From Sphagnum compactum (lineage: Eukaryota), in NCBI GenBank assembly GCA_965153455.1, contig OZ234494.1, positions 8,370,001-8,434,000 on the forward strand: a DNA stretch of 64,000 nt, written 5' to 3'. Each line of letters starts with the position of its first letter. The stretch's first letter is position 1. Made by a program: the position numbers and the translations under genes. The notes beneath the pieces were generated by a model, which searched no databases, had not been told where the DNA came from, and saw nothing but the letters and a program-made list of their open reading frames with translations. Of this stretch, positions 38,521 through 52,039 are shown one piece after another.

Positions 38521-41500
38521 ACTTCCGCTACATCAGCTGTCATTTTCAGGTATGCTAGACTTTGAGCATTTGTTGCATGCAGGATCTTGCGATATTCAGT
38601 ACTAGATAGCTGGTTCCTTCCGCCAGAGTCCAATTTGCACCAGCTGCAACTGCATGCAGGTCTTGTGACAACCATCAACTGCATGGTCTTGAGACTATCA
38701 ATGTACCTTACTGTCCTTGGTTTTTTGGTGACAGCTTCGTCACTCTTTCTTTGCCATTTGAGCTTATATTTTGCTTGCAATGCCCAGTATTCGGGAACGA
38801 GCTAATTCATGCATGCATGCGTGTGATCATGGCATGTGTTGCAACTACGACGAAATCAGATTTTTTTTTTTTTGTTCGTTGTTTTCTTAAACTTTTTGGT
38901 ATGTCCTCAAGAGTTAATGCACTCTAATGTAGAACTGGGGACAGGAATTTGGGTTAATTAGAGAAGGATGGGGGCGCCTATTGTCTCGTCCTTTTGTTCC
39001 TTGGTGTTCTTTCGGCTTTCTGTTGCAGGCTCTGAGTAAGTTACCCGGATCAGGTTGCAGTGCTTGAAGTGTTTTGCAAGTAACTTGTGAAAATGATTTT
39101 TTTTGGGCAGATATTAATAATACTGAGCTGTGACTGGAAATCCTGATGCAGAGCTGGAGTTTCTCTGAATTGTGAAAAGCTAGCTAAAAGGGCAAGGTGC
39201 AACAATAGTTCAATTCTGTTGCAGCTGCTGCTGATCATCGACTGTCCAGTGGATTTAGCAGAACACTACATTGCTTGACTTGCAACGTTGCATTCTGTTT
39301 GGAAACTTGGTTACCAGCTCTTCTTCTTCATCAAGCTCTACTTGTTAGCATGGGTCGATACAATGTCCAAGAGCGATAACAGACAATATTTTGGAAAGAC
39401 AATTGGAGGCAGAAATGTTGTGCAAATTGTGCCAGAATTTGGAAATCTTATAGATCTTACACCCCCCACTCTTATAAAGAAACTGAGTACTCACTGAGTT
39501 ATGGTGAAAAACTAATTACAATCTATATAATGTATGTGCATCTTCTGTGTCTTCTGCTGTTGCATTTCATGTACAAATCATTTGATGATATGCAATTCTG
39601 TTCAAACTGCAGTGTCAACCTGACATACTCTTGGTTCCTAATGATAGATGCATTGCAAAAAAATTCTTCTGCTTTGAAAGGAAATTCCATTTCATGCAGC
39701 ATATGGTAGGAGTATCAATCTTATAAGATTCGCATCTCAGCTAAACTTGTGAAATGACATGGAAATCTATGTGACCAATCAGATTATTAGAATATGGGAG
39801 CTTTAAATTGTTTTAGAAACTTCAACAAACTGGCACTTTAATGTTATTGTGCCCATTAGCTTGTGCCTAGGGTCAAAGATAAAGTTTGTGACCAAATCAA
39901 TGCCTAGAATTATTTTTAATAGTGGCCATGACAAACTAGTAATAACGTGTTGCATGTGAAAGATGCAGATATAGCTTTTAACACATTATACCGTTGATTT
40001 GGATAGGTGATGTAGAAGTCTGATGAGGAATTCTACTTTGAGTGAGAAGAAATTTCACTATGTGAAATTATGCATTCATGGACAGATCCCCTTAATGGAC
40101 TTAAAATGTTCAGGAATGGTATAAGTGTCCATACTTCTCTGGTGTTCTTTAATTGCAAGTTTGGAAATTTCTCCCATTCTCACAAGAGTTAGATCATGTA
40201 TTTTGTTAGTTCTGTTACTTTGAGCTTCCAGCACCAAGTTTTGAGTCTGTAAGTTGATATCTATACCAACATCTGATTGACACATATTGAAGAGTACAAG
40301 TCCAATGCCACCTGAACTTTTGAGTTTGTGGGTCCATATACACTATACCCCAAAATCCTAGAGGAATCTCAGTGACTTCATCATATGTCATTGAGTGGCC
40401 ATTCATCAAGAGACATGGGATCCAATGTGGCCTGTTCCAAGGTAATATACTTAGCTGGCTCTTATATTTCTTGATTGGTTTTTGCAAAGCATTTGGTTGA
40501 TGATCAGGAGCATGTACTTTATGTTCATCTACTGTATGTTTGTGAATGCAGTATCATTTGTGGACTTTCATACCCATAAAACCAAACCTTGCTCTTTTAA
40601 TTTTGATTAACAGTGAGAGATCTGATGTGATCGACAGTTTGGGACTCATACTTGATGATTGAAGGCAGCCAGCTAAGTTAGGAAAATTGTAATATTGGAG
40701 ATATTTTGTCATCATTTGACGTGTACATACTGATGAAAGATGTCAAATATGCAAGGATTATTGACCTTCTGAGGGGCCTTTGAGGTCTCCTCATCTCTTG
40801 AATTAATCCATGTGCAGAATAATATCAGAGACAAAGTACAAACTCCAATCAAGAAAGTCTTTCTTGTTCATACATCCATGAACTGCATTTCTTCCACCAA
40901 AAAGCTCTCTTTCAAGCACTTTATTCAAGGTGTCCCAAAACCATGGGGCCTTGCACCAGCAGAAAAAGGATACAGCTGAACAAATTATGGCACATTGGAA
41001 CTCTCATCTTGCATAGTCATTCATTTTATTGTGATATGGCAATTCACACGTGTATAATGGCAGCAATATATCCAGAGCTAAACTGAGATATACAAACATT
41101 CCGCAACTCACTTCAGCAAACTCACTTCAGGTTTCTGCCAAAACATACACACAACATCAGTGCTGCTGCTGCTCCACAGCAGTTCTCTCTGCACATATAA
41201 AGTTACTGGTGACAATCAGTCTCTTCCAATACAATCCTGCCTGCCTGATGGTCATCAGGTTTCCCATCCCCACCCTCCACCCACCAAAAGGTAATTTGTA
41301 ACAGGCTGACCCCCAGGGATTCATTGGGGGGCTTGTGAAATTATTAGGCTACACAAACATGCCTGATTCCTGGAAAGTTGGAATCGTGATCAAATCTCTA
41401 CTAATCAGGTGCATAAACCTAGTATTATCTACAGTATTAATCCTCTCAACAGTCAAATCGTGAACTGGAAAACTCCTGGCAAAAAAGTTTCGCAAGCATC

Positions 41501-41696
41501 AAAACCTAGAAGACCTAGTTAGAAGCTTGTTATACCCCAGATCTCCACATAAATGTGAAGTCAATAGATTGGGTGCTGCCTATTTCAAACAGTAAATGCT
41601 TGTAATCCGTAACATGAGGGGCACGCTGTTGTAGCACTTGGAATTCAATAATACATATTATATGTGTATGTATGAATATGTCAAGGAAGAGTTAGA

Positions 41697-44600
41697 TCAG
41701 TCCTCTACACCATTGCTATCCGGTGGACTGCCTGCAAGCCAGCTCCAAACACCAGTGCTCTGCTTCTGCGCAGCTTGAATCACAGCTTCCTCTGAGGCAG
41801 CCTTCTGATGCTGCAGAAGGTCCAGCTCCTTTTGCAAGATCTCCATAGATTGGAGCTTTTGCCTTAACTCTGCCACATCCACCTGTGTAAAACATTGTAA
41901 AAAAGTTAGGAATGGTAGAAGAATGAACTCAATTCCAATGGTTACTGTCTGACAGCACTCTCAAATTTCCACTTGCAATCTCAATCAGATGTGAATCCCC
42001 AAATATTCTGCCTTGGACAAACCACTCTCCCTACTCTTCTGACATGTATTTCCTTAACATATTTACGAGCACAAAGAAACTGAAGAGTCAACAGCACAAT
42101 AATACAGAGCAAAACCAACAGAAATAAGCTGCTTAAACTCAGAAAAGCATGATGCATAAGTAACCATTCTTCAATCTATAGAAGGATCCTTTTTACTCAT
42201 CCAACTGTCTATTCCCTAACTCATCCTTGATGTTGTCACTGATATTACCTCAAGGCGGAATGACCTGGATTGTTCTGCTGCCAGTTGCCCACGCACAGAG
42301 TGCAGCTCCTACAAAACAAGCAGATCTGTGAGGGAGTGCATACATTTTTCCCTTTTTTTCGTCCAATTCCTCATTCTGAGCAGTTGTCTCTCAGGGTGTG
42401 AAATTTGCTTACAAGTTCAGTTCTGTGTTTCTGTGCAAAATGATATCCCAAATATGTAAAAGTAGAAATGTTTGCAGCACCATGGAAGATGCATGGGAAT
42501 GATAGAGGACACAGAACCCTCAGCTGGAAATTAACTGCATGGATACTGGGAACTCCCAACAAGAGCATGCAAAAGGCCATCACAGCAACATGAACCTATT
42601 CAATCAGGGGCATCTTCAGTTGCCAAAAACTCAACTGTTCCATTTCCAAAATCAAGAAACAACTCTTCCCTAATTTGGGACACAAACTACCGAAAGCCTG
42701 ATCAATGGAATTCAATTACACTTCGAACCATAAATAAAGGATTTCTGACTAGTGAGGTCATGGCAAGATTGAGACAGGGATCAGACCTGTTCTAATTCAG
42801 ATGAAGAAAACTGGGCCATTGCAAGCTCATTTTGTAGCTTTGCACACTCAGCTTGTGCTGCCAAGATTGCCTCCTGCAACTCTTCATTCACTTTGAGGAC
42901 TAATGCCAGCTTTTTGCCTGTTGCACTGTCATCTAAAGCACACTGCAAACATGCAACTCAAGGTATTAGTACTCATGAGCACAAAGGCTCCATATGACAC
43001 AGTTGTCTGTGCTCCTTGTACATGCCTGAAAAGGACTTCTGAATGTACCTCTGGCTCTTCTCTCAGCTGCTCCCCATCCAAATTCTCTTGCACAGACTCT
43101 GGCACTGCTCTTGACTCTGACACTGTTTCTTCTGGATCTGGAGACAATGATGAGGTTCCATTTAGTGGAGAACTGAGCGCTGGTGGAGGAGCTGCAAATG
43201 CTGCAGCTGCTGCAGCAGCTGGAGATTCCAAAATCTTTGATTGTAACCTCTCTGGAGGAAATGTTCGAAACACATGAACCTGCAAAAACACAATATTCAC
43301 TCAGTGCTCTCACTACACATTCTTGGTCCAACATCATGGAAAAGGAAAGTATACAAAGGGATTAAACTATGCACCTGATTATTGAAGCGTCCATTGTATC
43401 CACCAAATGCAACTAAGGAGTCCTCAACAACCAGCACACTCAAACCCTGTCCTTGCCATGATAAACAATGTGACTTTCTTGAGATTCACACTCAATCTAA
43501 CTCCACTAACTTATAACAGAAAGTACAAGCACATTGCATCATGTAAACCAGTGGAGATCCCAGAAATGCACTACTGTGGCAAGTGAAGTTGTTCCCAGCT
43601 TGCCCTTGCCTTACAAGCTAGCTGGAATAACACTTCGAAACTACATGGAATACCCAGCATAAGAGATACAACGCTCACCTCACTTGAAATAGCTGTTTGT
43701 CCCTCAACAGAGGCTACTAATGACCACACCAAGGTGTCCATGTTCAGAACTAGGGTATCAGAAATGCCTGTTTCACCATGCCACTCAGATCAGGAACCGA
43801 AATGCCACCAAAGAAGTTCATCTACAAACAGAAACTTGCTAAGACCTTGAGGTCGATTGAATGAAATTAGGTCCAAGCACAAACTGCTTAAAGTGAAAAC
43901 CCTAAAACCCTTTCTTCAGAATCAGTTATCTCAGATATGGTGAATGTTGAAGAAATTCAATCCAATCTGAACTAATCCTTGTCTAGGGCAGAACATGAAA
44001 CCACAGATGGAGAACAAAAAAAGAAGGGAGCTATTGTAAATACCACTCTTATTATCTCCACCACCAATAATATAAAAACTGTTACCAATAGTGGCACCAG
44101 CATGCCCAGCATGTGGTGATGGTTCAGTGCCTTGAGTCTGTGCTTGTGACCACTCCATCTGCCAAAGCTCATCACACCACATTCACCCTCTACCTTCAGA
44201 GATTGCAGACATAGTTATGTGTGGATGAAAAATATCTCACACCAAAGAAGAATTGACCTTCATATTTTGTACAAGTGAACTGACTATCCTGGCCACTATG
44301 TTAAATTAATTTGGTTTGTGTGCCAATAGAAGTCAAACAGATAGGGCTTTGTCAGCGTTTCCAACTAATATCCATGGCAATGTCCCATTGAGACCAAAAT
44401 AGAAGACTGCATCTTATGGCAACAGGTACAAGCTGGACATAAACATTCATGGAGATTGCAATTGAGTGTTACATGAGAATCAGGACACAAGTAAGCTCAT
44501 ATCGAGCTCAATGTCTCAAGCATTCCACATGGTTTCATGATTGCATAGGATAAGCAAAATGGGGAAACCAAAAACTGCTTTGGCTACTAACAAAATGTGA

Positions 44601-47600
44601 GGTAAAGAGAACAGCGTACACTCTCAAGGTCAAGCACATATAGGTCATTGTAGCAGTTAGAACGTGAGCCACCACCAAATAAGAAAAGATAACGGTCTCC
44701 ATGAACTGCTGCAACATGGTGTGCACGTGGAGATGGTCTTGTCCCACTTCAAATCCAACACCACAGCTACAGTCAAACAAGTTTCCCTGCAGTTACAAAA
44801 GGTATGGCAGAGGGCAAACTGCAAAGGTGCTGTGAAAAAAAAAACCCAAGCAGGAGTGACCATCAAGATGTGCTGAAGCTGTTCAGACATCAGACACACC
44901 ATGTATATTATACTGTTATCTTTGAACATGAGAGTGACAACACAATCATGGTGTAGGAACTGTGGAAGTGTACCTTGTTTCAATACCCTCCCATGTCAGT
45001 GATTCCAAGTCCAGAACGTTGAGATCATCCATAAGGTGCCTCTTTGAATCTTCCCCTCCAAACATAACTAAGGTTGAACCCACAAGTGTCACTGATTGGC
45101 CACCATGTGCAATCTGGACAAAAGAAAACATACTGACATAAGAAAGTACCAATGTTATTGCAGTCAACCTGCAAAGAGCACAATTGAATGAGTCGTGAAG
45201 AGGGAAGAGGAAGCGAATCTTACAGGGGACTTGCCATAGACATCAAGAATTGTCCAGGTCATAGTGTGTGTATCAAAAGCACGTACTGCAAGGACAACAG
45301 AAGGATACCCTTGCTTAGAACAAGCATTCAGACAGTCAAATTTCTTGAGGAACACACAACATAACAAACCAGTTCAGAATATGACCAGAGTACAGCCTGA
45401 GGCAGTCGCCACACCTATTACAGTATCCACTGGCTCTTTTGAATGGCCAGCCACTGCAAGCAGCTTTGTGCCCCACCGGACCTGTACATAATTGAGCATG
45501 AGCTCCCACTCAAACACTTACAGTAGGACTTGCAGCCAACTCAAGATGACAAAATGTACAGGCATTCCAAAGTAACAATGGAAAGTTTGAAGTCAGAGAT
45601 GGTCCTTAATGTATGATCATAACTTTCAAGTTACACAGATGCAAATATGCATGACCATGTAGACCACATACCAGGCTATGCCCTGCACATGGAGGGAACC
45701 AATATGGAGATTGTTTCTGTTGTAGTGAGAGAGGAGATTGGGGAACTTTGTCCACCTTTGACCATTCAAGAGTTTTCAGATCAAGAACCTGAAGGTAACA
45801 CAACAACACATCAGCATAAAATTAGAAGTCTAGTGACTAAGATAGGAAAACCATGCAGAATCAGACATTCCACAAACTTGCAATAGTTCATGATTCTTTC
45901 TGCATTCACATTCAAAGATATGTCATATCTTAAAAGAAAGATCTGTGTACCTGCACATCATTCAAGTAGCGACCATTGTGATTTCCTCCAATAATATACA
46001 TCTTATTATCTACAACTCCTGCTGCATGCTGCAAGTCCAGGTACCCAGTTGTTCAGCAGAACTCATTTTGGATCAGAGCTGACCTTCGAAATACTACACC
46101 TTGAATGCAACAAAGTTGCTCTCTCCTCACAGAACAAGAAACCGTGCATTTCAGGCTAAAACCACTCAGTACTCATCTGTATGTTTCAAGAGAGAGAATT
46201 TGACAAATCAATCACAACAAGCAACAACTCTTGGTCAGCATGGTTGTTCATCACCTGGTAGCGAGCTGAGGGCCATCGACCAGTCACAGTTGGTGATACC
46301 CATTCATTGTAAACAGCAATTGCCCTGATTCCCTCTGCAACATCCTCCACTTCTGCTGTGCTAAAGATTCCATTTACTTTCAAAAGGCCATTTGATTCAG
46401 ATGGGACCACTGCAGTAGGTGTGTCCTCCACATTAATCTCCCCATTCAATTCCACCTCCACAACCAGCTTCTCATTATCCATTTCTTCCTGTGCCACAGG
46501 TTCTGAGTCTGCAACAGGAGGGGGTGGCTTGGAGATTTCCTGTATCACATCAGCAGGGTAAACAGACTAAATGCACATTTGGACATGGGTTCATCAGCTA
46601 ATCTAGACACCTTGATTGAACTAAATATTGTACAGCAAAGCTTTGCACAAGGAAATGAACAAGTTGCTTCAGTCCAATGATCATGTGCAAACAGAGCTCA
46701 GCAGCCTACAGTGTCCAGTGTGACCTCTTTGTCAAGTTCTTGAGCTTTTGACCACCAGCTAGGATCATCCTCCTACACGCACAAGAAGACAAGGGGATGA
46801 GCAGATCAAGATTGGAATCATCCAGATGTGAGAACAAATCAAAGGTAAGCTACAATAAACTATGTACAAAAAAACTCCATCTGTCAACAATCATCCAGCA
46901 AGTTGCTTTCAGACAACACCACATTGATGACAAATGACCCTAATCCAGAAAAAGTGTACAGAACCAACCTCTAGTGTTCGAATGAAGAGCCTCATAGCCT
47001 CCATTGAGTCCATTCTTCCAAGCTGATTCCAACTACAGAAAAAACCCCCACAAAGAATCTTAGAGCAGAATCAACATCAACTAAAACTTGCAGAGCTGTA
47101 ACTAAAGACCAGTGCACAATGCTTCATTCTCTGCTCTCCATTTATAAAGAGAACCAGCCTGTGGCCACATCTTTTGCTTCATCACTCTTGCTGACAGAGA
47201 ATAGATCCTACAACCCAGCATAGCCCACAAACCTTGAGGCTTTTGGAATCATACAAAGTCTAATAACTGAACTAGCAGTAAGTTTCTATTGTGAGCCATG
47301 AATGAACACAATGACACACTAGAAGAAAGGCTGAAATTGCAGTGTACAAACAACTTTAAGACAAATTTCCTTGATAGAATCCAAAAAGAATGAAGCCTTG
47401 TCTTCTAGCTCCCTTACAGGCTGCTGCTGGGCATCAACCATTGCTCGCTACCTGCTTGATCCTAAGCATAGGTAGGAACAGATCAGGACTTGTTGGGATG
47501 TAAAAGTGACCACAAACTTAAAACACAACCCCCTGCTGAGAAGGTAAATGTCACATTAGTGGGAAATTGGCTGAGGGAAAAGCCGCTCTGCATGCATCAC

Positions 47601-48315
47601 AGTGCACATTCCTTTCTTTCCACATATGTGATATCTATCATAAGACAATGAAAGTGGCCATCATCATGTCCAAAGCGTAGAGGTCAACTGAGTAGTTGCA
47701 TAAATTGAAATCTGTCAAAAGACCTTGAAAAGGCACAAGCATACTCTACCTTGTCCATTTTGCAAGATCAATCACGTTCCAACTCCATGGCTTTGGTAGG
47801 TTGCAGGGTCCCACAGTTGCCTGCTCAGATGAACACTCCAACTTCTCAGCCTTGTAACACCACTCCACTGGTCTGTAATTCTCCAAAAATCCAGTTATAA
47901 ATAGCATCCAATACAATGCTTCTGAGCATCCTTGACACCAAAAGTCATTGCATTCTAGGAGCTTGCACTCAATCAATGACATATCACACAATGGCTTGCC
48001 ACAAGAAATCAAGTGCTTGTATGAGACAAGAAGCTTGTAGCAGTCAAACACACAACATGAATCCTACTTGACAGCATCCACCAGCATGACAAACAATTTC
48101 TTGGAAGTTTGCTTCTTGACAAAAAGGAGCAAATGGTAGACCTGCTTGTAAAGCCCATAGAGAAGAAGGATTGTGTCATCTGACAACCCAAGAGATGATG
48201 ACTTGAGTGAATCAACATTTCCAGGTGAAGTTGCAGAAAGCCCTGCATATGCTGCTCCAGCATAAAAGCGATCAGGATATGGTAATGCTGTTGCCATCCC
48301 CCCATACGTCATCAT
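41697..48315 (-). CDS. ACBP4: Acyl-CoA-binding domain protein with kelch repeats and C-terminal coiled coil (class IV ACBP, ACBP4/5-like), 18 coding exons, ~727 aa
   Basis: Manually spliced GT-AG exons keep frame: 48315-48142, 47820-47750, 47032-46969, 46772-46710, 46566-46255, 46028-45951, 45788-45672, 45481-45415, 45285-45224, 45113-44974, 44746-44620, 44158-44044, 43767-43679, 43446-43375, 43279-43049 (donor uncertain), 42942-42787, 42308-42249, 41882-41697. Motifs YPDRFYA, LLYGLYKQATVGPC, MEAMRLF, GGNHNGRYL, PPCAGHSL, GGGDNKSG, FGGYNGR, VRGQLAAEQSR and GVWSWLAG match plant ACBP4/5 as I recall them. Confidence 0.95.
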
Positions 48316-49630
48316 CACTTGTCCTTAGTATGCATGTGTAGACTGCTGATCTCTGCACTCCAGGTCCAGCTCTGATGGAGGAAGGGATAAATCTTCAAGT
48401 CTGCACCTTCTGTAATTTGAAACTGCTTGAGAAGTGTGGAGGAGAATCAGAGCTTGAGCATCGCAGCTGTAACCTGTGGAAATGTCTTGTCAATGTAATT
48501 CCACCAGGGCAGACAACATCACCACTTAAACCATTTAGCAGAAGGAAAAAACTCCCAAAACACATGGCTCTTCTTCTATGTTGTGCATAGCTCATAGATC
48601 TCCCTTTATCATGACAACTATTGCCCTATTTCACTCTAACCTATGCTTATATCATGGGTCCTCCAAGATTGCAGATCCCAGAGATGTGGGGCAAGGAACA
48701 GAAAATGGTTTTGAGATTCGGACAAGAACATTCCCAGTTTTATTTGACAGAGGAACAATGAGGAATCTCACATTTGAATCAGCAATTACTAATCATTGCT
48801 CTCAATTGCCCACAGATTAGAACACTCTGGACTGGCAAAGCTTGGGTTAACCCTAACTTCCGTGGCCAGCCGTATTCACCTCCCTCCCACAACACAAATC
48901 TTGTTTCTCTAACAGCTGCATTCCTCCGAAAATCAGGGTTAACCCAAGCATTGCCGTATCCGGGTCATAAGATGCAAATAGATGCTCTCAAGTTTCGTCT
49001 CCCTTGCGCAATCTGAAAAAGTCTGAGCTCTCCCTACTGCACGGCTGCATTTCCCCGCGAATTAGGGTTACGCAAGCTTTGCCAGATCCGGGTCCACAAG
49101 ACACAAATGAATGCTCGCACTTTTCATCTCTCTTGCGCAATCTGCAAGAGTCTGAGCTTCAACCCAACTGCTTCTCCACTCGTCTCGAAAACCGATCCCC
49201 AGACAGACAGATCAACAAATGCAAACATAAAAAATACTTGCCATTCTATTGTACAGCTAAAAGTCCAGTTTGCGTTTCATTTTACCTCTTGAAATTCCCT
49301 CTCCGCTCCCGCACCAAAGTCCAATTTTCGCAGCGTCTTTTACTCCAATTGCGGCAAACTAAGCCTCTCACTGTCTCGGTTCTTCTTGGGTTTATCTCTT
49401 CTCACTTCTTCCGATCCTCCCCCTGTTTCTTCTCTACAAACCAATGGTCAGGCTGCTTCTTCTCGCCCCTGCTAATCAATTAAAACCTGAATAGCCCAAG
49501 ACTTCACCGCCTCATTTCCAACACTCCCCTCGCTCTCTCTCTCTCTCACACACACAAACATCCGCCGCTGTCTTTTTCCGTGTGCATGTGGTGTTTCCTT
49601 TCTTCTCACCGTCTCTCTCTTCTCGCAATA
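48316..49630 (-). promoter_or_regulatory. Probable 5' UTR, leader intron (~49285-48474) and GA-repeat TSS region of the ACBP gene
   Basis: Donor AAGAG|GTAAAA at 49286/49285; acceptor TTTCCACAG| at 48474; (GA)n and (GT)n tract at ~49532-49556; CpG retained, unlike the gene body. Confidence 0.55.
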
Positions 49631-50479
49631 CCTGCTGGCGTTGTGTGTACGTTTTGTGCGTTTTTGTGGTTTTTGTGAGCCATTTTTGTGCGTTCTTATG
49701 GGTTTGTGGGCCATTCTGGTCCATTTTTATGGTTTTTGCGTGGCAATTTTTTTAACGTTTTTCTTCTGTATTCTTAAGTGTACATGTACGAGTTGTGTAT
49801 TTTATGCTGTTGTGTGCGCATTTTTTGTACGTTTTCGTATTCTTCTATGCGTATGTGTATACGTATGTACTTTTATGCTTTTGTCTGCCCTTTTTTGTAT
49901 GTTTCTGTATCCTTATGTGTACATGTATACACTGTTGTATAATTTTATGCTTGTGTGTGTGTTTTTGTATCATTACATGTATGTGTAGGCCAGTACATAT
50001 ACATGTAACAGAAGACACACTGGTACCCTTCAACTTCTTGAGTGAGGCCTCTTCATGACCAAATTAAACCCAATAAAATTTAGATTTGGACTTGAAGACC
50101 CTGATTTAGTCCAACCACAGGATATATTGTAGCCTTCGATCAGTTTCATGATTAAATAATCCTTTGAACCTTAAATTGAAACTTCATAAAATATACGGAA
50201 GAAGATGTCGAAAATAACAATTATTTTAGATTGGCAGTCACAATTTTTTAAAAGTTTCTTCTACGAGCCATTACTCGGCATGGAGGTTACATGGATCAAT
50301 CTACAACTCTAGTTGGTGTTCCAAGAGCACACAAAAAAGTGTGTTTTTTCTTAAGAACTTCACTTATTGCAAAAACTTTGTTTTGTTGTTGCACAAAATA
50401 TTTTTTTATTCTAAGATCTTCATTTCTTCATCACCATGAGCAACAACACATCGGATCATCTTAGAAGATCTTGGAGGTT

Positions 50480-51065
50480 GTTGTAGCAACGCATGAATTA
50501 TAATTATAAAAGATTTGTAGCTACAGAAGAATTACAGTTGTTGGGGAGTTGCAACTACGAAGGTGTTGTAGTTGCAAAGGAGTTGTAATTACGGAATTGT
50601 TAGTTGTGGAGGTGTTAGTTACAAAGGTACTGCAATTGTGGAGGTGTTAACTATGAAGGTGTTAACTACGGAGAAGTTGTAGATGGAGAGGTGTTATAAC
50701 TACAAAAATGTCATTTGCGAAGGTGTTGCAACTACGAAAGTGTCATAATAAACCATGAATAGCAGCACATTAAATCATTTTATACAATCATGGAGGGAGA
50801 TATAACAACACATGAGTTGTAGTTGTAGAAGAGTTGTAGCGGTAAAAATTACAATTATAAAAGAGTTACAATTATGAAGGTGTTGTAGTTGTAGAGGAAT
50901 TACAACTGTGGAATTGTTGCAATTGCGAAGGTGTCAACTATAGAGGTGTTGGAGCTATGGAGGTGTTAGTTGCAAAGGTGTTGCAACTACGAAGGTGTTA
51001 GCTACGGGGGTGTCGCAACTACAGAAGTGTTCGACATGTAAAGGTGTTGCAATTGCAAAGGTGTC
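50480..51065. repeat. Degenerate 15-17 bp minisatellite (consensus ~GTTGCAACTACGAAGGT) in two blocks
   Basis: Recurrent GTTGCAACTACGAAGGT and GTTAGCTACGGAGGT variants, separated by a ~70 bp unique spacer near 50745-50815. Confidence 0.75.
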
Positions 51066-52039
51066 TTTTTGAGGTACAAGCACTAATTCTAGGTAGGACA
51101 TAACAAGCAAGCACTAAGAGAGTTAAGGCATCTTCTTCACACATCACCTTTTGCATGTTTGCTTGCTTGCTGCTTTGGCATCGATTGTTGTTGCAAGGAT
51201 TTTTTTTTGACTTTCATTCAAATCCTATTGTTGTTTCAAGTGTTTCTCCCCAATTCTTTTAGATCATGTTGCTAATTACAAGTCTTTCTCTCGGTTCTTT
51301 TAGATCTTGTTGCTACTTAAAAATCTTACTTCCAATTATTTCAAATCTTGTTGTTGGTTGTAAAACTTTCTTCTAGTTTTTTCAGATGCTGCATTTTTCC
51401 AAATTTTCTAAAATATAGGGATGCAAGCGGGGATTGATTATCCAAAGGCATTCATTGATTCATATTTGAATGTTGGTAAAATGTTCTTCCACAATAACAC
51501 ATGATGATTTCTTCTTTTCAACCTCTGATGGGTGTTTTAAGTGTTGTTTTTTTTCACACATGTAGCAGGTGCCGTGTGTTTTTCCCTCTTTTTTTAAGTC
51601 TATCCATGAAAATGGGCAGAAGGGGCAATGTTGGAAACTAAGTAGCAATGGGAAACCAAACAAAACCATGGCATGGTTTCAAGTAATGAAGAAGGCTTTC
51701 ACTTTGCCATCAAGAAAAAAGTCTGACAACAAATATATGGATATGGTGATTTCTGCTGATTTTTGTACCAATTTGAATGTGACCAAACTAAATAGACTTG
51801 AACAATAGATCAAGAGGTAAACAAGGAAATCTCAAATTGTTGTTGCTTGTGTTTTTATGTTTGGTATTTTTGTCTCTCTCAAGCATTTTGACGCAAATCG
51901 TTGGCCACTTTGCATGGTGCAATGTCAACATATGGTATAGGAAGGGAGAGAAAAGAAAAAATGGTGATTGCTTCTTTTTAAATGCAACATTTCTTATTGA
52001 ACAATGAAATCTACATGGAATTTTTTGTTTGATAATGGG

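Noticed and set aside
37100..38605. Long overlapping ORFs (Leu-rich +, GEE-rich -, EK-rich -)
   Set aside because: Shadow frames of a stop-poor repeat. Only the Ser/Pro frame has a signal peptide and synonymous-site variation.
40076..40487. Minus-strand ORFs between the two genes
   Set aside because: Short, non-ATG starts, with no recognisable domain or splice chain.
42903..46561. Plus-strand ORFs within the ACBP gene
   Set aside because: Antisense shadows of exons or intronic chance ORFs with no recognisable motifs.
49472..50058. Cys/Val/Phe-rich and His/Thr/Lys-rich ORFs
   Set aside because: They derive from TG/CA-rich low-complexity sequence.
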